From a virus (Duplodnaviria; Caudoviricetes), in the IMG/VR virus record IMGVR_UViG_3300009537_000020, positions 1 through 50,348 of that record: a stretch of DNA of 50,348 nucleotides, one strand, 5' to 3'. Below are positions 1-7,822 of the stretch, in pieces. The position numbers and the translations under genes are program-made. Each line of letters begins with the position of its first letter. The stretch's first letter is position 1. The notes under the pieces were generated by a model. That model searched no databases. It had not been told where the DNA came from and saw only the letters and a list, made by a program, of their open reading frames with translations.

Positions 1-827
1 GCTAATAATCTTTCTTTCCTTGTTAGGTCAAGGCCTGTGAATAAATCCTTTTGTTCTTTTGTTGTTAATTTACCTGTCTTAAATATATCGGCAACTTCGT
101 CACGGCTTAATTTGAACTTATCGGGAAGCTTTATTTGTTCCATTCTTGTTTGAAAGTATTTCTCAATAAAGGCTGGCCCTTTCTTGCCGGCAAAGCGTAC
201 ACCACCACCTATTATCCCGCCTTTAAGGCCAAGATCCAACAATTCAACCGCAGTCTTTGTGGCATTATTAGCGTCGGAAGGTACAAAATCAGAAAGGTTA
301 ATAATTTTATCTAAAGCTGCAAAAGCGCCAAGAGATAACGCTGTTGTAACAGGGGCTGCTGCAAGACCTGATGCTATTGCCGGGGCAAATACTAAGGCGA
401 GATGTTCTTCGTTCGTAAGCTGTGTGGGGCGAATACCGGTTATTTTATGATTCCTGGATAGAACATCGATATTTTTCTCAACATCTCGCAGAGGTATCCC
501 TGTTTGTTTTGATATTGCATATACATTCTGAGAGGTAGCAATTCTTTCTTCAGGGGATTGCCCATAAATATTCTTCAGCTGTTTACTTAGTTTATCTGTT
601 ATTCTACCAAGCAAGAAAAATTCAGCGACATCCGGGGCATAAAAGTTATTCTTCTTTTCTGGTGAAACATAAGATGCAGAAGCCCCTCCGAGCAAAGAGT
701 CATACGGGGTTTTTGGTTGATCAAGCTGGTCAAAGATGTCACCTCTGGTGGCCGTAGCTGTAGCAGTTGATGGCCCTAGCTGATCAAAAATATCCTTTTT
801 CTCATCAAGCTGATCGAAAATATCCAC
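1..827 (-). CDS. N-terminal part (275 codons, runs off base 1) of giant internal virion/DNA-ejection protein
   Basis: Not in ORF track. GTG at 827 with AAGGA just upstream, directly after the stop of 840..1433. Open to base 1 (MDIFDQLDEKKDIFDQLGPS...GDIFDQLDQPK...). The same DIFDQ motif recurs in the frame entering at 50348. Confidence 0.8.
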   Translation of the reverse strand, partial: MDIFDQLDEKKDIFDQLGPSTATATATRGDIFDQLDQPKTPYDSLLGGASASYVSPEKKNNFYAPDVAEFFLLGRITDKLSKQLKNIYGQSPEERIATSQNVYAISKQTGIPLRDVEKNIDVLSRNHKITGIRPTQLTNEEHLALVFAPAIASGLAAAPVTTALSLGAFAALDKIINLSDFVPSDANNATKTAVELLDLGLKGGIIGGGVRFAGKKGPAFIEKYFQTRMEQIKLPDKFKLSRDEVADIFKTGKLTTKEQKDLFTGLDLTRKERLL

Positions 828-839
828 ATGAATCCTTAT

Positions 840-1433
840 TTATAGTGTATAACCCATTTTCCTAGCCATGGCACGTGCTTTATCTTTATCCCCTCCGGCT
901 TTCTGTAAAATCCTTCTTGCCGTATCAGCGTCAAGCTGTTTTCCAGAATTAACATCTTGTGGAGGTATGTTTTGTCTTGGATTATAACCGGAATTAATAC
1001 CTTGCATTAAGCTTGGCTGAGTTGCGTTTGTTGGTTTCGGAGTAGAGGCATCATCTTCTCCACCACCCTTAACTTGATTTAATAAAGTTTGATAAATCTT
1101 CCGGAATTGAGCTTGTCCTTCTGGAGTATCCATATCAATTAAATTATCTTGTGCCATTTTGACAGCTTGAGCCAATACATTTGCTTCTATAGTGGACCTA
1201 GCAGACACTTTATTTCGTAATTCCTGCTCTTTAAGGCCATATTGCCCTGCGATATGTTGCTTTCTCTCACCACCGGCAAGTTCCTGAGAGCTTCTCTGCA
1301 TCTCCCAAGTGTGCTTCATAATGGCCAAATCAAGAGCTTTCTTGTTTGTTAAAACTTTTAAAGGTACTCCAAACTTAGAAGGGGCCATCTCATACATTTG
1401 CCCCGGTGTCATTTGTTGGGCTCTTCCTGGCAT
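840..1433 (-). CDS. putative ejection/internal virion protein
   Basis: 197 aa, helical and Q-rich; lies between the nozzle and the giant protein; short C-terminal helical motif LDADTARRILQKAGGDKDKARAMA. Function inferred from position only. Confidence 0.55.
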   Translation of the reverse strand: MPGRAQQMTPGQMYEMAPSKFGVPLKVLTNKKALDLAIMKHTWEMQRSSQELAGGERKQHIAGQYGLKEQELRNKVSARSTIEANVLAQAVKMAQDNLIDMDTPEGQAQFRKIYQTLLNQVKGGGEDDASTPKPTNATQPSLMQGINSGYNPRQNIPPQDVNSGKQLDADTARRILQKAGGDKDKARAMARKMGYTL

Positions 1434-1825
1434 TACACTCCTCCCCCGCCGCGGCTACCTAGAGAGGCCATCTCATCGGCACCAACAACCCGGCCTTGAA
1501 TAATTATCCCATTAAGCCCGTACTGCGTAATGAGCTGGCTCAATATCTCTGGATTCTGCTGAATTAACTGCATGACAACCTGAAAAGGCACCTTGGATAT
1601 TTGCGGCCACATCGTAATAAGCCGGTCCATATTCACATAACCTTTCTCATCAATCACTTGAGGTAATATCTGCTTTAAAGCGCCCATTATTTCAGATATC
1701 TGAGTTGTTGCCGTGTTACCACCGCCAACAGTTGTCATTGGCGGTTGAGCCGGTTGATTTATTGCTGGTCCACCGCCACCGCCGGCCATCTGTGCGGCTC
1801 CCATCTGTGGATTTATTCCTGGCAT
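1433..1825 (-). CDS. hypothetical virion-module protein (G/P/Q-rich N-terminus)
   Basis: 130 aa, AGGAGG RBS, stop/start overlap with the next gene. Confidence 0.6.
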   Translation of the reverse strand: MPGINPQMGAAQMAGGGGGPAINQPAQPPMTTVGGGNTATTQISEIMGALKQILPQVIDEKGYVNMDRLITMWPQISKVPFQVVMQLIQQNPEILSQLITQYGLNGIIIQGRVVGADEMASLGSRGGGGV

Positions 1826-1840
1826 CTGATGCCTCCTTTA

Positions 1841-3442
1841 TTAAGCAGTTACAAAACCTCTATTCATATCAAAATAAGTATTTTGGTTTTGTTGTGGTGT
1901 ACTTTTTAATGAGAATATTTCCGCTAGAACATTCTGTAAAGCGTCATAATCTTTTACTTCCATTGCATAACGTAACTCATTGTCACGTCCCATATAAGTC
2001 GCTAACTCCATGGCACTTTCATAATCGAAATTACCTTGCGCCATTGACTTTCCAAGAATGTCAAGTTTGAAATCAATTGCCTTCGCCATTGCCTGATTCT
2101 GAACTTGTTGTTGATACTCAGCAATAGCTTGATCATATTGAGTTGTTATATTGTCCAATTCTTGACGAGCCTGTGTTGAGCTATACGGATCTTGCCCATA
2201 GTTAGCATACTGAACCATTAATGAATCTATTGACTGTTGTTTTCTTTCTTCTAATTGGCGGATCCCTTTATCATCAGGAGCATAAAATTCCTGACTTAAA
2301 TCAGCTAATGAGGTATTAACATATTTATCTAACTGTGCTCTGGTAGCTTGTGGGAGCGCTTGGAAATTATCTAAGCCTAAATATTCTGCGGCTTTGGATA
2401 AATTCTCGGTAGCATTACCGCCTAATTCAGGTTTAGGTATTGTAGTTGACAATCCTGCCCCTAATAATTTTAACCCGTTTGCCCCGGTTAATATTTTTGA
2501 TAAATCAAAACCACCAGGTGACCCGGGCAATTGAGGCGTTGTCCCGCCACCGGCAAAAATTGAAGCGCTGCCGCCTAAGTTTGCCGGGCCTGCCAAGCCT
2601 GGAATACCAACGACCTTATTTCCTATACCAGGAAGGGTGTATGTTCCGCTGTATCCGGATGGCGTTGGAATACCAGTAGAACCTGGCGCTAATTCAACGC
2701 CCCCTCCAGGAGTAGTCCCACCAGCAAGGCTTTGAATCTTATTCGTAATCGAACCAACCCCACCTTGAAACCCGCTAGATAATTTTCCAAGAAAACTTGA
2801 ACCAGTCGGAGCACTTGTATAACCTTGCCCAAATCCACCAGCGAATAAATTAGATCCATATTGACCTAAACCGGCAGATATCGGGGCCATCCAATTCCCT
2901 GATTTTATAGCCCCCGGAACTTCACCGGCAGCCGCGGATACGGCTGAAATAAACGGACTGCTGGCCGCTGTAGCCCCGCTGAGTCCTCCTGTGGCTATTC
3001 TCCACCATTCACCCTCACCTTGATCACCAAATGCCCCTGCGGCCGTTGCAGCGCCAAACCCGGCACCAACAAGGGTACCAAGAACAGGATTAACAAGGGA
3101 AGCAAACCCAATGGCTATTGGTTGTAATATTTGACCGACATTCTTCCGGCCGCGGATTTTCTTTGCTAAAGAATAAGGTAAAGGTTCGTTCAGCGGCCTT
3201 TCAGTCAAAACATACCCATCGTAATCACCGGAAGGCATTGGGTCACCGTTCTTAATAAAGACAAAGTGATCCTTTTGATGAAATATTGCCGGCCGAGATA
3301 CTTGCACTAATTCATCAGGTTCAACTTTGCAAAAGTATAGGCGTAAACCATTATCCTTTGCCAGGTGTATTAGCGTAAACATTGACACCTCGTGTAATTC
3401 GGCCATCCTCTCCAGGGCTTCTAGCCCGCAACATTTAGACAT
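1841..3442 (-). CDS. putative ejection (pilot-like) protein with N-terminal C39 peptidase-like domain
   Basis: Residues 1-80 match the C39 pattern (CGLEAL...SMFTLIHLAKDNGL...PAIFHQKDHFVFI..GDP..DGYVL). Followed by Gly/Ala-rich hydrophobic segments and a Gln-rich coiled coil typical of podovirus ejection proteins. Confidence 0.7.
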   Translation of the reverse strand: MSKCCGLEALERMAELHEVSMFTLIHLAKDNGLRLYFCKVEPDELVQVSRPAIFHQKDHFVFIKNGDPMPSGDYDGYVLTERPLNEPLPYSLAKKIRGRKNVGQILQPIAIGFASLVNPVLGTLVGAGFGAATAAGAFGDQGEGEWWRIATGGLSGATAASSPFISAVSAAAGEVPGAIKSGNWMAPISAGLGQYGSNLFAGGFGQGYTSAPTGSSFLGKLSSGFQGGVGSITNKIQSLAGGTTPGGGVELAPGSTGIPTPSGYSGTYTLPGIGNKVVGIPGLAGPANLGGSASIFAGGGTTPQLPGSPGGFDLSKILTGANGLKLLGAGLSTTIPKPELGGNATENLSKAAEYLGLDNFQALPQATRAQLDKYVNTSLADLSQEFYAPDDKGIRQLEERKQQSIDSLMVQYANYGQDPYSSTQARQELDNITTQYDQAIAEYQQQVQNQAMAKAIDFKLDILGKSMAQGNFDYESAMELATYMGRDNELRYAMEVKDYDALQNVLAEIFSLKSTPQQNQNTYFDMNRGFVTA

Positions 3443-3882
3443 TTTATGCCTCCTTTAATCTTTTTATGAAAGAATTTTCCTCTGTCAACATTAAACCAGG
3501 CCGCTTCATCAACAATATCTCCGAAACGCCTGGATAAGCTCTCTTTAATAGTCCGCATCATTTTACGTTCCGTTGTGAGACATGCCGGGATATACATTAT
3601 ATTCCCTTCATTAATATTATCTGGCAACAACCACTTTATCTTATTGATTTCTTTTTTACTTTTCTTATCAACAATGACCCAACTACAAAATCCCTTCAAA
3701 ACTCCTTCTTTATTACGAAAAGTCATCACATGTCCTTCATTAATTAATCTTATAAAATGAACATAAAAACTTTTTTGATAATGTGACCGCGTAGCAAACA
3801 CGCCGTTCTTATCATAAGAATCCATAAGACTCTCGATCTCATCAACTTCAACACATTTATCTTCTTGGATGAATTGGATCAT
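3421..3882 (-). CDS. HlyC/RTX-activating acyltransferase-like (GNAT-fold) protein
   Basis: FIRLINEGHVMTFRNKEGVLKGFCSW...LPDNINEGNIMYI...SLSRRFGD parallels HlyC VLPAIQANQYVLLTRDDYPVAYCSW...AEDWTSGDRKWFI...YMRKKFPD (recalled sequence). Confidence 0.6.
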   Translation of the reverse strand: MIQFIQEDKCVEVDEIESLMDSYDKNGVFATRSHYQKSFYVHFIRLINEGHVMTFRNKEGVLKGFCSWVIVDKKSKKEINKIKWLLPDNINEGNIMYIPACLTTERKMMRTIKESLSRRFGDIVDEAAWFNVDRGKFFHKKIKGGIKCLNVAG

Positions 3883-5381
3883 TATTTACCTCCTCCAATG
3901 CCGCGTTGGCTTCCAAGAATTGTCCAAATTCTAAACGCCGGATTTGTTGAATTATCAGCTATTTTAAATTGGATCATATTATCAACTCTGCCAGGCGACC
4001 AATTATGTGAATTAGCGTTTGCTGTCATAGTATTATCAACCCATGTTGTTTCCCAGTCAGCCCTCCATGAAAATGTCGGGGTACATGAAACAGAAGCGGT
4101 TTCTACTTCAACTTCATCCATTTTTTCTAATATAATAGGATTACCTATTTTTTCAGATGTCCAGAATCCATTTATTGCTGTACCGGAATCAGAGTTAGAA
4201 CTGTTTGTAAGATACGTAACACCGTTTGTCGCTCCCTGGACATAAACAACGCGCTTACCAGATCCGTTATCTGCTGTCACGCCATAAGTAAAATTACGAT
4301 TCGTCATCGGCCAGAAAGCTTTCAGCCGGTAATCATAAACAATTGAATAATTTGGTACTGTCGCTGTACCGATACAGACAAATAACTCATACCAATTAAG
4401 ATCAAAATGTACCGCGGCATAACAGGCATTAAGTGCGCTGTCATTAATATTCTGCATATAAACTGTAGCCACTCCATTTGTCACGTCAATTGAATCACTT
4501 ATTTCTTGCGCGTCAAACCCGTCACAAAGATATAACTTTTTATTTGTGCCAAGGAATAAGACAACCTCACCATCAGGAGTATCAACATTCTTAACTGACC
4601 GCGGTGACTTTGTTCCTGTTGTGCTCTTAATGGTTCGTATTTCGACAAGGGGTGAAGGTGATCCTGTATATGTAAACCGATGGATAGAGAACCCTTTCGT
4701 TACATAAAGGCGCCCGTTCAATAAAAACCCGCCGGTTATTCCAATATCATTTTCAGTATAAATCGTGTTTGAACCATATAAACTTCCTGAAAAATTATTA
4801 TAACTATTTACAGACGAATGTGTAATCTGATCTTCTGACCCAACAACATTAGCGTACCAAGCATGATTTTTCCAATTAAAGACAAATTTTGCTTTTGGAG
4901 CTGTACCGGTTCCTCCAGTAATAATATCAAAATGGCTTGCGTCACTTGTTGTCATTTTCTGTATCTCATCCCAACTGTCTGTTGACATGAGAAGAACCCC
5001 ATTAAAATTAGAAAAATACATTGTGCTTGCGGAAAAAGCTGTGCCACTCGCGCTATGAGCTGATATCGCGTCCCAAGTACCATCCCATACCCCACCAGCA
5101 ATATCCATCTTGAATAAGGAAGACCCCCAGAAGCTTACCAACCATTGCGCTGTTGAAGAGCTACCGCGCACCCAATTATAAAGCCCATTTCCGTTACCTG
5201 ACGCTGCTGTAGGATTCAAGACAGTGATACCAAGCCGTTTTCTAAGGATTGCCCCCTCACTATAAACATCCTGACAATCAACAGAATATTTCATATCAAT
5301 ATTTTTAGGCGGGGTCTTTGTAACTAACCCCCCCGAAAAATCTTTCATCTCCAAATTCTCTCTGCCGCGTATGCTTTTCAT
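3882..5381 (-). CDS. tail nozzle / head-closure protein (tubular protein B / P22 gp10-like)
   Basis: 499 aa, beta-rich; starts DFSGGL, has late VYDY..KAFW and FWTSE motifs; follows the adaptor gene as in podoviruses. Confidence 0.7.
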   Translation of the reverse strand: MKSIRGRENLEMKDFSGGLVTKTPPKNIDMKYSVDCQDVYSEGAILRKRLGITVLNPTAASGNGNGLYNWVRGSSSTAQWLVSFWGSSLFKMDIAGGVWDGTWDAISAHSASGTAFSASTMYFSNFNGVLLMSTDSWDEIQKMTTSDASHFDIITGGTGTAPKAKFVFNWKNHAWYANVVGSEDQITHSSVNSYNNFSGSLYGSNTIYTENDIGITGGFLLNGRLYVTKGFSIHRFTYTGSPSPLVEIRTIKSTTGTKSPRSVKNVDTPDGEVVLFLGTNKKLYLCDGFDAQEISDSIDVTNGVATVYMQNINDSALNACYAAVHFDLNWYELFVCIGTATVPNYSIVYDYRLKAFWPMTNRNFTYGVTADNGSGKRVVYVQGATNGVTYLTNSSNSDSGTAINGFWTSEKIGNPIILEKMDEVEVETASVSCTPTFSWRADWETTWVDNTMTANANSHNWSPGRVDNMIQFKIADNSTNPAFRIWTILGSQRGIGGGK

Positions 5382-5383
5382 AA

Positions 5384-6493
5384 TTACCTTTTCCCAAAAA
5401 ATTGTTTTAGTTCACTTACATTTGCGCGTTTACTTTCAACGGTCTTATCCAAAGAAATTGCTTCAGAATAAAGGCCAGTCCATTTCTGGGTCTGTGCATT
5501 ATCCGGGTCTGCTATCAAGGCTGCCTTATATAAAATAGCATCATCAAATCGTGCCGGCCATTTTGATATTTCACTTATTGTATAACTTATCCCTGTCCCG
5601 CTTGTAAAGCTGAAAGCCCCTGAAAGCGTTAACGCGGTATCATTGGCAACGGTTGAAATCTTCGCCCATTTAGAAGCTGATCCTGTACCATCAGCGTCAT
5701 TACGAATATAATAAGTATTTGCTGAGGTATTAACATTGGTTGACCATAATGGCGCCCCAGCAGCTACAACAGCCGTACCGGTCGTAAATGTCACTGTGCC
5801 GGTAGTGTATTCAGTTAATGTCGTTAACTGAGGAATGTACCAATATCGTAAAATATCAGCTGTGCTCGGCGCGGACAGGACTAAGATATACGGTACTTCC
5901 GATATCCATTTAACGGTGTAAGCCCAAACATCACCGATAATACCATTAAAATCCAATTCAAATTCATCATTATCTTTCGGTTCAAGAAACAATTGGGAAT
6001 TACTTAAATACCTGCTTACAACTTTAGGATCTGTCGGATCATCTTCAACCATATATGCGAAATCGCTTGCTAATTGATATTTATCCTGAAATAAAGTATA
6101 TGTTAACCCAGACCCGGTTGACCCTATCCAGGATAAAGAATTTTTGGAAGTCAGAAGAGTCGCGGCAGAATAACTAACACGGTACAACCGGTCATAACCA
6201 TTTACCTTTATCAGATAATCTTCATGCGCTGAAGTCCATACTGTTGTTGCTCCTTGGATAAGAGCCGTGCCACTTCCAACGGTAACGGTTCCTGTTGTAT
6301 ATTCAGATACCAAATTAATGAAAGCTTCTTTACGAATATACCGTTCAGGTAATAAACTCGGTAGATCGTTGCTATATACCTGATTGACTAATCCCCAATA
6401 TTTTGCCTCTTGGTTAGAAGCTGCCTCACGAACCAATTCGTTCTGGACAACTTCCACAATCTCCGTTGCAACTCTTCTTCCGTTAATGCTCAT
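5384..6493 (-). CDS. head-tail adaptor (tubular protein A-like) with two inserted beta domains
   Basis: 369 aa; helical termini (C-terminal PARFDDAILYKAA); two EYTTGTVT(V/F)..GT repeats; directly upstream of the nozzle. Confidence 0.6.
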   Translation of the reverse strand: MSINGRRVATEIVEVVQNELVREAASNQEAKYWGLVNQVYSNDLPSLLPERYIRKEAFINLVSEYTTGTVTVGSGTALIQGATTVWTSAHEDYLIKVNGYDRLYRVSYSAATLLTSKNSLSWIGSTGSGLTYTLFQDKYQLASDFAYMVEDDPTDPKVVSRYLSNSQLFLEPKDNDEFELDFNGIIGDVWAYTVKWISEVPYILVLSAPSTADILRYWYIPQLTTLTEYTTGTVTFTTGTAVVAAGAPLWSTNVNTSANTYYIRNDADGTGSASKWAKISTVANDTALTLSGAFSFTSGTGISYTISEISKWPARFDDAILYKAALIADPDNAQTQKWTGLYSEAISLDKTVESKRANVSELKQFFGKR

Positions 6494-6638
6494 CTTTATC
6501 CCCCTCTTGCAAAAGCCCGTTAAGCTCTTTTATTTTATCTTGATAATTCTTACGATCTGTAGTTATTCTTATCTGTAAATCAAATATTTCAGCTTTTAGT
6601 ATTATCACCTTGTCTAATTCTTTTTGGTTTGGTGTCAT
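6483..6638 (-). CDS. small coiled-coil protein (51 aa)
   Basis: Read manually: MTPNQKELDKVIILKAEIFDLQIRITTDRKNYQDKIKELNGLLQEGDKDEH. GGAG RBS; ATGA overlap with the upstream ORF. Confidence 0.55.
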   Translation of the reverse strand: MTPNQKELDKVIILKAEIFDLQIRITTDRKNYQDKIKELNGLLQEGDKDEH

Positions 6639-6808
6639 GGTTTCTCCCAAAAGTTTAATTTGTTTAATTCATTAAATTGCTCTCCCAAGACTTGTTTCCA
6701 ATCACTAGGCACAACCTCAACTTTAGTACGTATCTTGTGAAGCCCTTTAAAGCCGAAGATAGAATCATCTTCTTTATTCACCTGTTCTTCAATTAACTCT
6801 ATCTTCAT
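6635..6808 (-). CDS. 57-aa ORF resembling a sulfotransferase C-terminal segment
   Basis: Read manually: MKIELIEEQVNKEDDSIFGFKGLHKIRTKVEVVPSDWKQVLGEQFNELNKLNFWEKP. GGAGGT RBS. Confidence 0.6.
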   Translation of the reverse strand: MKIELIEEQVNKEDDSIFGFKGLHKIRTKVEVVPSDWKQVLGEQFNELNKLNFWEKP

Positions 6809-7610
6809 TACCACCTCCGTAATTAAAAGCCTTGTTGTAACCCTTGAACCTGTCCATAATGGTCATTGATAATTCGGTAGTTAGATACTTCTTCCACTCA
6901 TCTATATCACAAGCATTGACCTTGCCCTCGCCCTTATGCGGATATTTATTTAGATACATAAAATCGGGGTCTTCGGCTGTATTTTTCACATCATTAAAGT
7001 CGTGTTCAAAGTGGTCTTGTTCCAAATCTACATAGAGTTTCTGCATCGTTTTTTTGGGGTTATCCGCCAATTCCTCATACTTAATTAAGATTACACCTTT
7101 CGGTGTTCTTCTTAATAAATCTTCAATGCCTGTAAGCGGAGCACCTATTATCCCCTGTGGGCTGAACATATTATCGGCTCTTGAAAATATCGTCTTTGCC
7201 TGTGGTGTCTGGGACTCATCAAGTATCGGGTTCTTACGGTGCTGTTTCTCAATAGAGGCGAATACGTTTCTTAAATCCCTTACCAAACATATCATCTTGC
7301 CTTCAGGAAAGAGCTGGTTAAATACTAAAGCGTTGCTCGACCAACCTCTTGACTTATCAAAGACCACCTTATCGGTATTGTGCCATGCCTTCGCTATTGC
7401 CCGTAATGTTCTTACCGTGCGTTCATCCACTTCCTCTCTGTGTAGGCTTAACATACTCTTGAACTCTGGTGAGGTTGACCAGAGGTGGCTTATCTGACTT
7501 AACATCTGCGATAATATGCTCGTTGTCGTAGCATGGAAACGTGGGTTCTGGTTTAAGATATTACAAAGTAAAGTTGAACCCGCTCTTGGTAATCCAGTAA
7601 TTACATTCAT
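6789..7610 (-). CDS. PAPS-dependent sulfotransferase family protein
   Basis: 5'-PSB loop GLPRAGSTLL, DKSR, 3'-PB motif VRDLRNVFAS, and KYEEL..NP. Confidence 0.9.
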   Translation of the reverse strand: MNVITGLPRAGSTLLCNILNQNPRFHATTTSILSQMLSQISHLWSTSPEFKSMLSLHREEVDERTVRTLRAIAKAWHNTDKVVFDKSRGWSSNALVFNQLFPEGKMICLVRDLRNVFASIEKQHRKNPILDESQTPQAKTIFSRADNMFSPQGIIGAPLTGIEDLLRRTPKGVILIKYEELADNPKKTMQKLYVDLEQDHFEHDFNDVKNTAEDPDFMYLNKYPHKGEGKVNACDIDEWKKYLTTELSMTIMDRFKGYNKAFNYGGGNEDRVN

Positions 7611-7813
7611 GGCATTTGTGTTATTAAACCGTTTATCTTTGTTAGTTTTGCATCAATCTCAGTTATCTCTGTTGTCGTATCTATTTGCTGTTTTAGTAAA
7701 GTGTCTTTTCGTTCAGTAAGCCGTTGTTTTATTTTCTCAAGACGTGCTTTTGAGACTCCCATTGTTGCTTTACCTTCAAATATCTTTATATTATCTAACA
7801 TTGGAAAATCCAT
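7607..7813 (-). CDS. small coiled-coil protein, possible fibre chaperone
   Basis: 68 aa with heptad pattern, directly after a fibre gene, AGGAG RBS. Confidence 0.55.
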   Translation of the reverse strand: MDFPMLDNIKIFEGKATMGVSKARLEKIKQRLTERKDTLLKQQIDTTTEITEIDAKLTKINGLITQMP

Positions 7814-7822
7814 AATATCTCC

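Noticed and set aside
184-450. Plus-strand ORF 184..450 and other plus-strand ORFs across the minus-strand operons
   Set aside because: Antisense shadows of well-supported minus-strand genes, without RBS or recognisable motifs.
1841-3882. Genuine RTX toxin / type I secretion operon
   Set aside because: No GGxGxD nonapeptide repeats, ABC transporter or membrane-fusion protein; the context is a virion ejection module.
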